Positions 37,066 to 47,902 of a stretch of 64,000 nt of DNA are shown piece after piece. The notes under the pieces were generated by a model. It searched no databases. It was not told the DNA's origin and saw only the letters and a program-made list of their open reading frames with translations. A program made the position numbers and the translations under genes. This stretch comes from a virus, in the IMG/VR virus record IMGVR_UViG_3300010222_000169, one strand, 5' to 3'. Within the stretch, counting starts at the first letter, position 1, and each line of letters opens with the position of its first letter.

Positions 37066-38481
37066 TTAGGCCGTGGTCTCGGCGGTTGTGGTTTCGTTGG
37101 CGAGGCGCGTCACGATCGTCATCGCGGCGCGGTGGACGGTCGGTGCAAAGTCCACCACGACCTCGATGTCCTGCCAGATCCGGTTCAGCCGGGTCGACGG
37201 GGTCAGCTCGACTGCCTCTGGGACTCGAACATCGATATTCGTGAACGGCGAGTCGCGCTCGCCGACGAGGGGCTGGAGCTCTTCGTTCAGCGCGCCCTCG
37301 AGCTGGTTCTGACCGTCGGCGTCGAACCGGACCGTGTTGTCACGAAACAGCGCCCGGATCGCATCGCGCGCTCTGACCTTGATGAACGCCTCCGATCGCG
37401 GGATGTCAAGGTACCGGTACGGCGAGTCCGATCCGGCGGTCGTAAGCGAGTTCGAGAGCGTTGTGCCGCCCGACGCCAGCAGGACGTTCGACATGCCGTT
37501 GCCGTCGCGGCCACCCTCAAACGTACCGGGCGTTTCGGGTGCGCCGATGTTGCCTGGGGTGTACCGCCCCGCCGGCGACTGAAGGTCGACGGTCTTGAGG
37601 TACGGATCGTACCATGGATCCTCGACCGCGAGCCGCCCGACGTACGCGCTCCCGACGTCGTCGGTCGAGGAGTTCGCGATCGGGAGGGCAAACTTCGAGG
37701 GTACGAACGCGCCGATGTCCTGGGCGAGGTCCTGTTCGAGTGCGACCGAGTCCGGCCCCTGCCCATCGCCCAGCGTGGTGCCGCGGACGTAGGGCTGGGG
37801 GACGGTGACGTCGTAGGCGTCAGCCCACGTGTGCAACTCGTCGAGATCGCCCACGTTCGAGCGGTCGTATTTCTCGTTGGCGATATGGACGATGTCGACG
37901 CTCGCGTCGCGCAACGACTGGAGACCCTGGGTCCACGAGAGCGTCTCGTAGGTGACCTCGATCCCAGCACCGGACCCCGACGTGTCGTCGCCGATGTTGA
38001 CTTCGCCCGTGTCGGCGTTGTAGACCGCTTCGCCCGGGGCGGGCTGGCTGCCGTCCTCGGTGACGGGGGGGCTCGTGGTGACGGCCGATTCATCGGTAGC
38101 GTTGCCGTCAACGGTGATCGTCACCTCACCGCCGACGCCGGCCATCGGCACTGTCGAGACCGTGCCGCTACCGGTGACGGTCGTATCCGAGTCGCCGAGC
38201 GTCTCGGTCGTCTCTGTACGTTCGAGCAGGACGACCGAGAACGTGTCCGCCTGCTCGGCGCGGACCTGCTTGGCCCCGATGTGGAGGTCCGATCCGTCGC
38301 CGAAGTCGGTGGCGACGGCAGCCGGGTCCGAGTAGTTGTAGACCCGATTGAACTCGATGTCGGTGGGCTTGTTCGCGGCTGTCCGGTGGCCGATCAGTGC
38401 GGCTTGCTGTTTCGTCTCCAGCGGCGGCACGCCGGTCTGGGCGGTCGTGGAGATGCTAACGACGTTGTTGGGATGTGGCAT
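37066..38481 (-). CDS. Contractile tail sheath protein
   Basis: 471 aa; NSLTTAG...YRYLDI.RSE..IK...; C-terminal RIWQDIEVVV. Confidence 0.85.
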   Translation of the reverse strand: MPHPNNVVSISTTAQTGVPPLETKQQAALIGHRTAANKPTDIEFNRVYNYSDPAAVATDFGDGSDLHIGAKQVRAEQADTFSVVLLERTETTETLGDSDTTVTGSGTVSTVPMAGVGGEVTITVDGNATDESAVTTSPPVTEDGSQPAPGEAVYNADTGEVNIGDDTSGSGAGIEVTYETLSWTQGLQSLRDASVDIVHIANEKYDRSNVGDLDELHTWADAYDVTVPQPYVRGTTLGDGQGPDSVALEQDLAQDIGAFVPSKFALPIANSSTDDVGSAYVGRLAVEDPWYDPYLKTVDLQSPAGRYTPGNIGAPETPGTFEGGRDGNGMSNVLLASGGTTLSNSLTTAGSDSPYRYLDIPRSEAFIKVRARDAIRALFRDNTVRFDADGQNQLEGALNEELQPLVGERDSPFTNIDVRVPEAVELTPSTRLNRIWQDIEVVVDFAPTVHRAAMTIVTRLANETTTAETTA

Positions 38482-38574
38482 GATGTACCTGTTCGTTGCT
38501 GATTGGACTGCGAGGAACTGCGAACTGCGAACTGCGGGTCGGTGAGCGGGCTGTACGGCGGCGGACGAAGGGAG

Positions 38575-39324
38575 CTACGAGACGTCGATCGTCGTGTTCA
38601 CCTCCGCATCAGTGGCGGAAAGCGAGTACTGCCGCCACGTATCGAAGTAGTGGAGTCGACAGGCACCGTCCCACTGCTGGCCGTCAGCGTCCACCTGATC
38701 GGTCACGTCGGTCGGCCCGCGGCCGGGCTCGGGACGCACCAGCAGTGGTGGCGACAGCTCGTCGGCGTGGAGACGGTTTTCGGCCGCCGTCTGGGAAAGC
38801 AGGTCGCCATCGGCGTCAAACTCGTCGACGGCCGGGCCGCCCGTTCGGTCGAACAGTTCGAGGAAAAAGGCCATTGCCCGGCGGCAGACCGCCTCGGCGC
38901 GTTCGCTGGCGCTCAGGTAGTCGACCTGCTCGTCTTCGCCATCGCCGTCGACATCGGCGGTGATCGACATACCCCCCTCGGCCGTGACGCGCAGGTTCAG
39001 TACGTCGTAGACCCGTCGGCCACGGATGGTGGCGACGTGGGCGTCCTGCGAACCATCGCTGATGTCCTTGACGGCGAGCTGGCGATCCACCGACTGGTTG
39101 CCCTCCTCAATGACGCCCGACGGCGTGAGCGACATCGCGATCTCCACGTACGGCGGGTCAGGCGTCTCGTAGTCCTCGTAGGACCACCACAGCGACGGTC
39201 GGAGTCCGCGCTCGGAGTGATCGGGGTGATCGACCGGCACCCACACCACCGGATCGGCGTACTCGGGGCCGAGGCCACGCGAGAGCGCGTCGCGCAACTG
39301 CTCGCGAGTGGATAGCGGGAGCAT
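38575..39324 (-). CDS. Tail completion/terminator-like protein
   Basis: Position before sheath. Confidence 0.55.
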   Translation of the reverse strand: MLPLSTREQLRDALSRGLGPEYADPVVWVPVDHPDHSERGLRPSLWWSYEDYETPDPPYVEIAMSLTPSGVIEEGNQSVDRQLAVKDISDGSQDAHVATIRGRRVYDVLNLRVTAEGGMSITADVDGDGEDEQVDYLSASERAEAVCRRAMAFFLELFDRTGGPAVDEFDADGDLLSQTAAENRLHADELSPPLLVRPEPGRGPTDVTDQVDADGQQWDGACRLHYFDTWRQYSLSATDAEVNTTIDVS

Positions 39325-39344
39325 CGGTATCGTTCCAGGTGTCC

Positions 39345-39782
39345 TTAGCGGTAGAGATCGGAGTCGTCGTCGCTCGTCTCGTCGCCGCCGCCCGAGTCGC
39401 GCGTACCTTCACCGCGCATGTCCTCTTCGGCGGCCCAGTGGACGAACGAATCGCCGTCGAACGTCGTGGTCCGTGGTTCGACGAGGCGGTACTGGCGTTC
39501 GAGGAGGCCGTTGTCGTAGACGAGGCGGTCGTCCTCGCTCAACCCGGCATCGAGCATGGCCAGTACGAGGTACTCGACGGCGTCCTCTTGGCCCGTCCGT
39601 CCGACCTCGAAGTCCACCGCGTCCGGCGAGCGAAACTGTACCGTGACTGTGCGCCCGTCGCCGAACTCCGGTTCGGCGTGGCCCCCCGTGCCCGCCGTCG
39701 CGATGAGCGGATAGTGGGTGGCCGTCTCGGTGAACTCGGGATCCTCGATGACGTCCCGGAGCGAATCGTCGAACATCGGCAC
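39345..39782 (-). CDS. Head-closure/stopper-like protein
   Basis: Neck-module position, beta-rich. Confidence 0.55.
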   Translation of the reverse strand: MPMFDDSLRDVIEDPEFTETATHYPLIATAGTGGHAEPEFGDGRTVTVQFRSPDAVDFEVGRTGQEDAVEYLVLAMLDAGLSEDDRLVYDNGLLERQYRLVEPRTTTFDGDSFVHWAAEEDMRGEGTRDSGGGDETSDDDSDLYR

Positions 39783-39788
39783 GAGTTA

Positions 39789-40226
39789 TCAAAAAAGACC
39801 CACTACACGAAGACCGGCGAGAACCTTACCGATCTCGGCCACGACCTCGCTCCGGACCACCTCTTGTTCAAGGTGAATCTTCGCGGGGGTGAGTACCGGC
39901 CGGCGTGGGATGTCCTCCGTGCCGTATTCGTGATACGGCAGCAGATTGGAACTATTGCCGAAAACGACCGAAAGCGGGCCCGTTCGTTTCGTGTAGAAGG
40001 CGTTTCGCATGTCCCCTCTCTCGTAGAGGATGCGATCGTGGCCCTTCGCCGCGATCGTCGCCGGGGCGAGCGGCGTCCACGCACGGCCTAGTGCATCGGC
40101 CCCCGAGTCGTACTGGGACTCGACGTTCTCCTGTTCTTTCTCCGCCGCCTGTTCGAGCCCGCGACCAGTGGCAGCGACGATCGCAGCGGTCGCCTTCTTG
40201 AAGTGGTACTCGCTGCGGACCGGCAT
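39789..40226 (-). CDS. Virion morphogenesis (neck) protein
   Basis: WTPLAPATIAAKG...ILYERGDMR...YHEYGT..IPRRP. Confidence 0.8.
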   Translation of the reverse strand: MPVRSEYHFKKATAAIVAATGRGLEQAAEKEQENVESQYDSGADALGRAWTPLAPATIAAKGHDRILYERGDMRNAFYTKRTGPLSVVFGNSSNLLPYHEYGTEDIPRRPVLTPAKIHLEQEVVRSEVVAEIGKVLAGLRVVGLF

Positions 40227-40570
40227 CAGAGCGACACCGCCCAGAAGCCTTGGATGGCGTCCATCGCGCGTTCGACGTCGGCCCGAAGGTCCTCGCGGAA
40301 CTCGGCGCTGTCCCACGTTTTGGAAACGCCGTCGGCCCGCTTCTGCTTGGTCATCGTATCGGACGACGCGATCTTCCACGCTGCGAGGGCGATCACCGCC
40401 TCCCTGAGTGCGGCCGTGCTTGGCCCGCCGCTGGCCTCGGCGTCGACGTGAACCCGCGCGGCTTCGAGCTTGCGCTCGATCACCTTGAGATCGAGCGACT
40501 GATCATTGTTGAGCGTGAGACGTACTTCGCTCTCGCTGCCGAGGTTCTCGTCTTGGGCGACGGTGGCCAT
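40226..40570 (-). CDS. Head-tail adaptor-like protein
   Basis: Helical 114 aa after capsid module. Confidence 0.55.
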   Translation of the reverse strand: MATVAQDENLGSESEVRLTLNNDQSLDLKVIERKLEAARVHVDAEASGGPSTAALREAVIALAAWKIASSDTMTKQKRADGVSKTWDSAEFREDLRADVERAMDAIQGFWAVSL

Positions 40571-40596
40571 GGTTCTGGTTGGTTACAGCAAAGCAA

Positions 40597-41190
40597 TCAG
40601 ACCGGCTCGCCAGCCGGCCCCGATTCCTCGTCGTAGTCCGGATGCAGCGGATCGTTTGCAGCGAGCGCGACGGGATTCGTCTCGGTTTCGAGCGCCGTCT
40701 TCACCCGCATGGTGTACTCGACGGCGTGCTCGCCCGGCTCATCGAAAAAGTCCCCGGCGAAGGTCATCCGTTCGGGAACGGTGACGCGCACTTCCTCGGG
40801 CGCGTCGTCGCCGTAGGGATCCGGGAGGACGATCCCCGGGAGACCCGCCGTTGTGGCTCCCGCGCCCGGAGTGCGCTTGCGTTCGAGGACGCCGTCGTTC
40901 GCAGCGAGTTCCTCCATGTCGGCGCCCATCCCCGTCGTGTTCTCGGCGGGCGAGGGATCGGTGACCGGCGCGTCGTCGATGTCCGGCCCCGCCGTCGCAG
41001 CGTCGAAGGCGTCTTCGAGCGCCTCGATCGCGGTCGAGCGGGGTTCGTCGTCGGTGCGATTTCGTTCGTCGTTCAGAAGCGCCCGGAGTTCGTCCGCCGA
41101 GTGCTCGTCCGACGAGATGTCACGGAGATCGTCGACGGTCCGCTCGGTGACGTCGAATGGGGCTTCAGTTTCGGCTTCGGTTGTGCTCAT
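40597..41190 (-). CDS. Acidic head-module hypothetical protein
   Basis: Helical N-terminal motif ...RSTAIEALE. Confidence 0.6.
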   Translation of the reverse strand: MSTTEAETEAPFDVTERTVDDLRDISSDEHSADELRALLNDERNRTDDEPRSTAIEALEDAFDAATAGPDIDDAPVTDPSPAENTTGMGADMEELAANDGVLERKRTPGAGATTAGLPGIVLPDPYGDDAPEEVRVTVPERMTFAGDFFDEPGEHAVEYTMRVKTALETETNPVALAANDPLHPDYDEESGPAGEPV

Positions 41191-41642
41191 GCGTGATCCT
41201 CGTTGATCTGCTCGTCGATGTTCTCGGCGAGCGACTGCGAGACGCCGTCGACGTCCGACAGCTCATCGACCGACGCGTCGTCGAGATCGGCGAACGAAGC
41301 GTAGCCCGCGTCGCGGAGGCCCTCGGCTTTCGCGTCGCCGACTTTGTCCAGGTCGGTGAAGTCGTCGTTCGACTTGGACCCGCTGTCGGCCTCTTCGCTG
41401 CCGTCGATCTCGCTTGCATCGGACGCGTCGTCCTCGTTGCCCTCGTTTTCGCGCTCTCCACTCGATTCGGTGCCGGGGTCGGTGCTGTCCTCGTCTTCCG
41501 GACGGTTCCAGTTGTCCGACTGGTGACCGAGGTACTCCTCGGCACGGTCCTCGTCGAAGTCGTGCGTCGTATCGGGTCGAGCGGTGAAGTTGCGCGCCGG
41601 GTCCGAGAACACACCCGACCCGGTCCATGTGAGTTCAGCCAT
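41187..41642 (-). CDS. Helix-hairpin-helix domain protein
   Basis: DLDKVGDAKAEGL...LSDVDGVSQSLAENI. Confidence 0.8.
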   Translation of the reverse strand: MAELTWTGSGVFSDPARNFTARPDTTHDFDEDRAEEYLGHQSDNWNRPEDEDSTDPGTESSGERENEGNEDDASDASEIDGSEEADSGSKSNDDFTDLDKVGDAKAEGLRDAGYASFADLDDASVDELSDVDGVSQSLAENIDEQINEDHA

Positions 41643-41652
41643 CGTCGGCCTC

Positions 41653-42807
41653 TCAGATGCCCCGCAGAACGTGCCAGTTCTCCGGGCGCATCAGGTGGAA
41701 TCCGACCTCCTGACCGGTCTTGACCGTGGTGCCGAGCGGATCGTGACTTGACCACCGCTGGGTGAAAAAGCCCATCTCGTCGTCGACAGCCATCTCACCC
41801 GACGGTGGCACGTCTTCCTGATAGTCGAGAAGGTCTTCGAGGAACCACGGCATGAAGGCCGATCCCGTCCCGGGACGCCCGATCACGACACACCGGCGGT
41901 TGCCGCCCGCACCGCTGTTCATGTCGGGGTCCCACGGTTCGAGGGCGTTGTCCATTGCCGCGTTCTTGGCCTCGTCGACGACGTTGCCGTCTTCGTCGAT
42001 CATCTCGCCGTTGGCGTTCTCGCGGGGGATGTTCACCCGGACGCGGCGGATCTCGCCGAGCTCCTCGTCGATGATCTCCTCGAGAGTGCCGGTGTCGAGT
42101 GACTTGATCCGGACGCCCGCAACCCGATCTTCCATGTCGGCGGTTTGCTTCAGGTCCCGCAACGCCCCGGGACTGCCGTAGAGGTTGGGGACCGGCGCGG
42201 AGTTACCGCCCGCGACACCGTTGTCGACGGTGCGCGCCACCGCGTTGGTGATGTTCCGGTAGGGTTCGGCGTTCGCCGAGTCCGACCACGGATTGGCGAC
42301 GGTCACGTCGTGATCGTCGGGGAGGTCGGGGTGTTTGGTCTGGCCTTCCATCCCGACCAGCCCGTCGATCACCTCGTCGCCGCGCCACGTCACCTGCTCG
42401 CGGGTCAGCCACGTCTTGATCTGGAATTTGAGGGTGATCGTGGCGGCCACCGAGTACGGCGACCGCTTGAACCGCGATCGCAGGCCTTTGTCAGGGCGGA
42501 TTTTCTCCTTGTAGGAGTCGGTCGTGTAGACTTCGTCTTCGGGAAGGTTGATCGACCCGAGCGGAGACTCGGCATCGTGAGCAGTGGGCTGCATCCGGCC
42601 CGCCACGATGTGGTGGGTGTAGTACGCCTCGTCGGGATCGTCCATGTTGACGAGCGGGAACTCGCTCGCGGCGGAGGCGTACGTCGTGTCGCCATCGGTC
42701 TCGCCGCCCATCTGGATGTAATCCAGCTGGGTGAGCGTTTCGATCATGTCGTTGCGGATGACTTCCGGCTTGAGCTGCTCCGCGTTACGAATCGTTGCCT
42801 GAGGCAT
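41653..42807 (-). CDS. Major capsid protein
   Basis: 384 aa after scaffold and decoration genes; no motif-level proof. Confidence 0.75.
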   Translation of the reverse strand: MPQATIRNAEQLKPEVIRNDMIETLTQLDYIQMGGETDGDTTYASAASEFPLVNMDDPDEAYYTHHIVAGRMQPTAHDAESPLGSINLPEDEVYTTDSYKEKIRPDKGLRSRFKRSPYSVAATITLKFQIKTWLTREQVTWRGDEVIDGLVGMEGQTKHPDLPDDHDVTVANPWSDSANAEPYRNITNAVARTVDNGVAGGNSAPVPNLYGSPGALRDLKQTADMEDRVAGVRIKSLDTGTLEEIIDEELGEIRRVRVNIPRENANGEMIDEDGNVVDEAKNAAMDNALEPWDPDMNSGAGGNRRCVVIGRPGTGSAFMPWFLEDLLDYQEDVPPSGEMAVDDEMGFFTQRWSSHDPLGTTVKTGQEVGFHLMRPENWHVLRGI

Positions 42808-42869
42808 CTGTGTAGTGTGTCCTTATGAAGGTGTCAGCGGGGTGTTCGAAGTGCAGTACTGAGCGGCGG

Positions 42870-43334
42870 TTACCGGTGGCGAACAACGGCAACCTTGCCT
42901 GCCGTATAGTCGGCGAAACGCGTAGTGCGCCAGACGCGGCCGGTGATCATGTCGACAGTATCGCCACCGGAACTGTCGTAAGCGCGGATCGTCCCGTCGG
43001 CGTCCGTGACCACTTGGTCGTTCACTGCCGCGTCGTAGGCGTCTGCCGGGTTGAACCAGTCGACGTAGTGACGCAGGAGGGCGGTCGATTCACCGATCAC
43101 AGTGCCAGCCGCATAGTCGACGGTCTCGTCGTACTCCGTCGGGGTGCGTTTGAGCGTAGCGACAGCCTCGCCTGCCGCGCCCGGCAGCGAGACGTGAACG
43201 CCGCGGCTACTCTCGCCGACGAGTGCGACGGCGTCGCCGCGCTGCGGGACGTCTCCGTTGGCATCGGCCTCGACGACGACGCTTGGGTCGGAGCCGGGAG
43301 CCCACAGCGAGAGGTCGCCAGGGGCGTCGACCAT
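42870..43334 (-). CDS. Capsid decoration-like protein
   Basis: Position between scaffold and capsid genes. Confidence 0.6.
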   Translation of the reverse strand: MVDAPGDLSLWAPGSDPSVVVEADANGDVPQRGDAVALVGESSRGVHVSLPGAAGEAVATLKRTPTEYDETVDYAAGTVIGESTALLRHYVDWFNPADAYDAAVNDQVVTDADGTIRAYDSSGGDTVDMITGRVWRTTRFADYTAGKVAVVRHR

Positions 43335-45082
43335 CAGGCCTCACCTCCCTCGCGCCGCACGGCCGCCCGGAACGCGTCTTTCGACTCGTACTCGGCCGGG
43401 TCGACGTCGTACTCGCTTTTGACGTACTCGCGGCTTGAGAGTTGCTCGCGGTCCCGGGCCCGGAGGTCCTGGGTCCCCATGACGGCCGTCGCCCGCTCGT
43501 TTGCCGCAGCGAGTTGCTCCTCACTGAGGGAGCCAGCGCCACCCCCACCGCCGGGCGTCTGGCGTTCGTTCGACCCGCCACCGCGTGGCGAGGTCCTACT
43601 ATCCGCGAGTTGCTCTTGAAGGCGCTCTCGCGCTGAGAGTTGTTCCTCCTCGGGGTCGTCGTCTTCCTCATCAGGCTCGACGCCCGCGAGGACCTCCGGA
43701 CCGTGCTCGCTTTCGAGGGCCATCTCGGCGAGTTCGTCGCCGTCGCGGTCGGAGTCGACGAGCGTGTCAGCGACGCCCTCGTTACCGCCGGCGGCGATCA
43801 TGGCTGCCTGCCGGCGGGAGAACTCCGCCTCGTCTTCGAGGGTTTCGTTCTCGTCCTCCAGAGTCTCGATCTGGTCGGCCTTGTCGTCGACCTCGTCTTC
43901 GAGATCGCTCTTTTCGCTTTCGAGCGCGTCCCTCTGGTCTTTGAGGTCGGCCACCGCCTCGTTGCGGGCGGCGAGCTGTTCGATGCTCAGGTCTTCGATG
44001 TCGTCGTCGGTCATGGTCTCAGTATCACTCGAGGGATCGCTATCCGCACCCGCGTTCGCGGGGTCCGAGGGGACCGCGTCCGCCCCTGTCGGCGAATGGC
44101 TGTTCGACTCGTCGCCGGGCGCAAGATACTCGGTGTCGAGCTCTGGCACCCAGTTATAGTCCGATCCGACCTCGAAAGGTGTCTCGTCCAACGCCTCCAT
44201 GAGGTCGCTGTTGAGCGTCCCAAGGTTCGCCCGATCCGAATGGAGGACAGCGAGGAGCTCGGCATCCATCACCGTCCCTTCGCTATCGGTCTCGGTGTTG
44301 AGGATCGCCGTCACGCCGTCGATGGCGTCCACGTCATCGGCCACCGAATCGAAGACACTCAGCGGCTCCTCGTCTCCTTCCGGAACCGGGTCGGGCCAGA
44401 ATCGGAGGTACTGTAGCTGTGCGAGTTGTTCGTGTGGAGAATCCGGGTCTCCGCGTTGGGTTGACATTGGTCTGTGAGATTCCACCTCTATGTCGTCGTA
44501 TTCGGGTAGGGCCGCGAGCGCCTCCGTCTCGGCAGGGCCGAGCTCGGCGTTCGCCCCCGCTCCCCTGTCGAGGATCGTCATGCGCGGAACGTCGACGATC
44601 TGGTCTACCGAGTGTGCTCCCTGACCGTCGGCAAGGCCGTCGTCCCACTCGCCAAGTGACCGGAGCATGTCCGGCGAGATCTCGACGAGCTCGTTCTCGA
44701 CGAGACGGGCGATATGATCGTCGACGATCGCACCATCGTCGTTCGAGACCGGGCCGCGGCCCTCCTCGTAGTGAAAGGTCCCGGCGTCACCCACGATGTC
44801 GTCGGGCGAGAGCTGCTCGTCCATCGAACGGTGCGGGTTGAGTGCTGCCTGGCCCCGGACGAGCTTGGCATGGTCGAACGCTCCGGCTTCGGTGGCTGCC
44901 TTGAGCGGGTTGCGCTCCCACTCGGTGCGTTCCTCGGAGCCAGCGCCAACGGTCACTTCGCCTTCGGCGATCGGGACGATCTCCGGGGTGAACGGGCTGT
45001 CTTCGCTCTCGTCGTCGATGTCACTCGCTGGGGCGAGCTGGGCGACGCCTGTTCGTGGACGTTCGTATTCTGCTTGTGTCAT
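43334..45082 (-). CDS. Prohead protease/scaffold protein
   Basis: N-terminal globular region with LNPH; C-terminal acidic coiled coil. Confidence 0.65.
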   Translation of the reverse strand: MTQAEYERPRTGVAQLAPASDIDDESEDSPFTPEIVPIAEGEVTVGAGSEERTEWERNPLKAATEAGAFDHAKLVRGQAALNPHRSMDEQLSPDDIVGDAGTFHYEEGRGPVSNDDGAIVDDHIARLVENELVEISPDMLRSLGEWDDGLADGQGAHSVDQIVDVPRMTILDRGAGANAELGPAETEALAALPEYDDIEVESHRPMSTQRGDPDSPHEQLAQLQYLRFWPDPVPEGDEEPLSVFDSVADDVDAIDGVTAILNTETDSEGTVMDAELLAVLHSDRANLGTLNSDLMEALDETPFEVGSDYNWVPELDTEYLAPGDESNSHSPTGADAVPSDPANAGADSDPSSDTETMTDDDIEDLSIEQLAARNEAVADLKDQRDALESEKSDLEDEVDDKADQIETLEDENETLEDEAEFSRRQAAMIAAGGNEGVADTLVDSDRDGDELAEMALESEHGPEVLAGVEPDEEDDDPEEEQLSARERLQEQLADSRTSPRGGGSNERQTPGGGGGAGSLSEEQLAAANERATAVMGTQDLRARDREQLSSREYVKSEYDVDPAEYESKDAFRAAVRREGGEA

Positions 45083-45186
45083 GGTATCGTAGAGTTATGC
45101 CACCGCGAATTGCTGGGGCTGCTCACCGTCTCGATTGTAGAGGTGGCCGTTGCGATGTGGCTGTTCAGCCCTATTGCTCGGCATTC

Positions 45187-46164
45187 TCAGACTACTGGTT
45201 TGTTGTAAAAACACCTACATCCGCCATGTGTCGATATCCCCGGCAACGGAGCTCTCCCGGCACGAATGTCGCTGATACGGAACTGCTGACCCTCGAGTTG
45301 CGAGCACTGTGGGCAGACGCGCGGGTCCTGGGCTGTAACCCACGACGCGCGAGGTTCGTCCTCTGGCTCGACATCGTCGCGTGAGACCCCTTCCGGCAGA
45401 CCCTCCTGTGGACCGTCAACCCTCACTTCGACCTGTGCACCGACCGACTCGACGCCAGCCAGTTCGTATCGATCGAGGGCAGCGAGGTTTGCGGTCGACA
45501 CGATGGCCGAGTGTGCGACCGGCCGTGATCGCGTCTTCCCCGCACGTGAGTGGTTAATGCGATCCCGAAGGCGCTCGAAGAGGACTGTCGCCGAGAGGCC
45601 TGCCTTCAGCCCGTCGGAGAGTGCTTGCCCCGCCTCGGCAGTCGTGTCCTGAAACGCCTTCGTGAGGCGATCGTGGAAGTCAGACCGCGACCGGTCGAGC
45701 GTCGTCTCGCGGTGCGGGACGTCCTCCGGATCGAGGATGTCGACGGGCTCGCCCGCCTTGCGAAGGGCTTGCTCACCGCGGCGAACGCCGGTCGCGTAGG
45801 CCTGTACGAGATACGGGTTGTGCTGGCGTGAAAGCCGTCCGCGGATTCCCTGTTCCTGCTGACGATCCAACCACTCGCGGAACCGGCGCACCTGCTCGGA
45901 GTGAGAAGCAGAGGCGAGTGCCGGAAGTTCGCTGGGGTCGTAGTTCTGGCCCGTATTCGGCTCGCTGGGGACGTCAGCCAGCTGCTCTCTCGAATCATCG
46001 GTACGAGTGCCGAAAGCGTCCCGCGTAACGATGTCGGTTTCGAGTTGGCTATTGATCGCGCCGTAGGCTCCACGCCAGCGGCCGGCGAGTCGGCCACGCA
46101 ACACGCCCGTTTGACTCGGATCAACCTCTTGACTCGTGAGCGACTGGCCAGCGCTCGTACTCAT
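45187..46164 (-). CDS. MuF/SPP1 gp7-like head morphogenesis protein
   Basis: WVTAQDPRVCPQCSQLEG...THGGCRC. Confidence 0.88.
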   Translation of the reverse strand: MSTSAGQSLTSQEVDPSQTGVLRGRLAGRWRGAYGAINSQLETDIVTRDAFGTRTDDSREQLADVPSEPNTGQNYDPSELPALASASHSEQVRRFREWLDRQQEQGIRGRLSRQHNPYLVQAYATGVRRGEQALRKAGEPVDILDPEDVPHRETTLDRSRSDFHDRLTKAFQDTTAEAGQALSDGLKAGLSATVLFERLRDRINHSRAGKTRSRPVAHSAIVSTANLAALDRYELAGVESVGAQVEVRVDGPQEGLPEGVSRDDVEPEDEPRASWVTAQDPRVCPQCSQLEGQQFRISDIRAGRAPLPGISTHGGCRCFYNKPVV

Positions 46165-47900
46165 TCGTCGTCGCCTTCACTATCGCCATCGTCACCATTC
46201 GGCGGCTCGTCATCCGGTGACTCGTCGGGCGGCGTTTCGTCCTCTAATTCGGGGGCGAGGTCTTCAGGATTGAATTGCTCGGCGTAGTTCTCGCGGTACT
46301 CTTCGACGTCCACGCCAGCGTTCGAGAGAATGCCGTTGATAAGGGCGGGGTCGGCACCGGCCTGATTCATCTCTTTCACCGCACCACTCAGTGCCTCAAG
46401 GTTCTCGCGGGGGAAGTCCTCGCGTTCGAGTGGGTTATCGCTGGGCCGACTCTCGATCGCGAAGCGAACATCCCCCTCGTACTCGTCATCCTCTGCGAGG
46501 AACTCAGCAACCTCCTTGAAGACCGGCTCGAACTTCTGGGCGAGGTAGTCGCGCTCTTGGTCCACGCGGCGGTTGTCATCCGCTATCTGTGGCTCGGCGA
46601 CGAACTGGTTGATGGACTCCTCGAACCCGATCTTCAGCCGTGCGACGGGCATGTCGGAGAAGATGATCCGAATGTCGTCCATCACCGCATCGGAGATGTC
46701 AGGCACCTCTCCAGTGACCACCTCGACGTCGAGGTCGCCGCCGATGAACTCATTCGAGTTCGCGAGCGGGTTGTCAGCTGGGTCGTAGATGTCCTCGTCG
46801 GGCGTACCGTGCGAGTAGTCGCTCCAGAGCCCTCCGTTGCGTGGGCCGTACCGGAGGCGGCGCTCGCGACGTTCGCGACCGCGCGACGAGATCTCCCCGT
46901 CCTGATGGCTTTGGGACCACTCGGCCGCCTGCTCTTGGTCCCACTGCGGGGAGGAGTACACGCGTAGCGGATAGCCCGCCAGCCGGATCGCTCCCTCTCG
47001 GTCGCGGAGCTTCTGTCTGAGAGCGTCGATGCGCTCGGCCGACGACGCGTAGACCGATGTCCCCCACGGATCACCAGTGTCGTTCTCGTAGACGAATTTG
47101 ATGATGTCGTCCGCGCCGAACGCGACTGGATCTTCGTCGTCGTAGTCCGAGAGGGTCTCGTCGTACTGGACGTACGCAGCTGCCTTCCCGTCGGGGTAAT
47201 CGTCGGTCGGCGGCGTTCGTGGGTGATCCTCACCGACGTCGTCGTCAGGCTGGACGAGTGCTGCCTGGTTCTCGCGGGAGTAGATCTTGATCGACCCGGG
47301 AGGGTGATAGATCAGGCCAGTGGGCATCCCCGACTCGCCCCGGACGATCTCGAGAAACAGCGTGCCCTTACCACGGCGCTTCGAGGGATTGCCACGGATG
47401 AGTTTCGAGAGGTCCTGGTCCGCCTCATGGGCGTGCCACGCGGACTGCGAGGCCCACTCACGCAGCGCCTTTTGCATATCGTCGTCGGTGACGGTCTCCG
47501 TGATGGGGTCGCCATCAGCATCGGTTTCGCCCGTCTCTCGCTCGATCGTTGCCTCGACGCGATAGCCGGGCTCGGCGACAGCCTCGTCGAAGATCCGAAG
47601 GGGAGCACGAGTCAGTGGGAAGTTATTGAAGTAATCCTGCCAGTAGCGCCGAATCGTCGACGGTGGCTTGGACTTGTCCGTCGTCACCTCTGGCTGGGAC
47701 TGGGTCGGACCCCGCCACCTCCTGCCGGGCATGAGCGTGCGGATGATCCCGGTAGCGCCGTCATCCCGTGACTCGCCGCGGGGTTCGCCGTCGCTGCCGT
47801 CGGCGAGCTGTTCGGTAGTGATTTCAGATTCAGCTTCGGCGTCAGTATCAGTCTCGCTACCAGTCGTAGAGCCACCGCGGATGGAATCAAGGATACCCAT
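46161..47900 (-). CDS. Portal protein
   Basis: 579 aa directly after TerL; GKGTLFLEI, PWGTSVY. Confidence 0.8.
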   Translation of the reverse strand: MGILDSIRGGSTTGSETDTDAEAESEITTEQLADGSDGEPRGESRDDGATGIIRTLMPGRRWRGPTQSQPEVTTDKSKPPSTIRRYWQDYFNNFPLTRAPLRIFDEAVAEPGYRVEATIERETGETDADGDPITETVTDDDMQKALREWASQSAWHAHEADQDLSKLIRGNPSKRRGKGTLFLEIVRGESGMPTGLIYHPPGSIKIYSRENQAALVQPDDDVGEDHPRTPPTDDYPDGKAAAYVQYDETLSDYDDEDPVAFGADDIIKFVYENDTGDPWGTSVYASSAERIDALRQKLRDREGAIRLAGYPLRVYSSPQWDQEQAAEWSQSHQDGEISSRGRERRERRLRYGPRNGGLWSDYSHGTPDEDIYDPADNPLANSNEFIGGDLDVEVVTGEVPDISDAVMDDIRIIFSDMPVARLKIGFEESINQFVAEPQIADDNRRVDQERDYLAQKFEPVFKEVAEFLAEDDEYEGDVRFAIESRPSDNPLEREDFPRENLEALSGAVKEMNQAGADPALINGILSNAGVDVEEYRENYAEQFNPEDLAPELEDETPPDESPDDEPPNGDDGDSEGDDE

Positions 47901-47902
47901 AG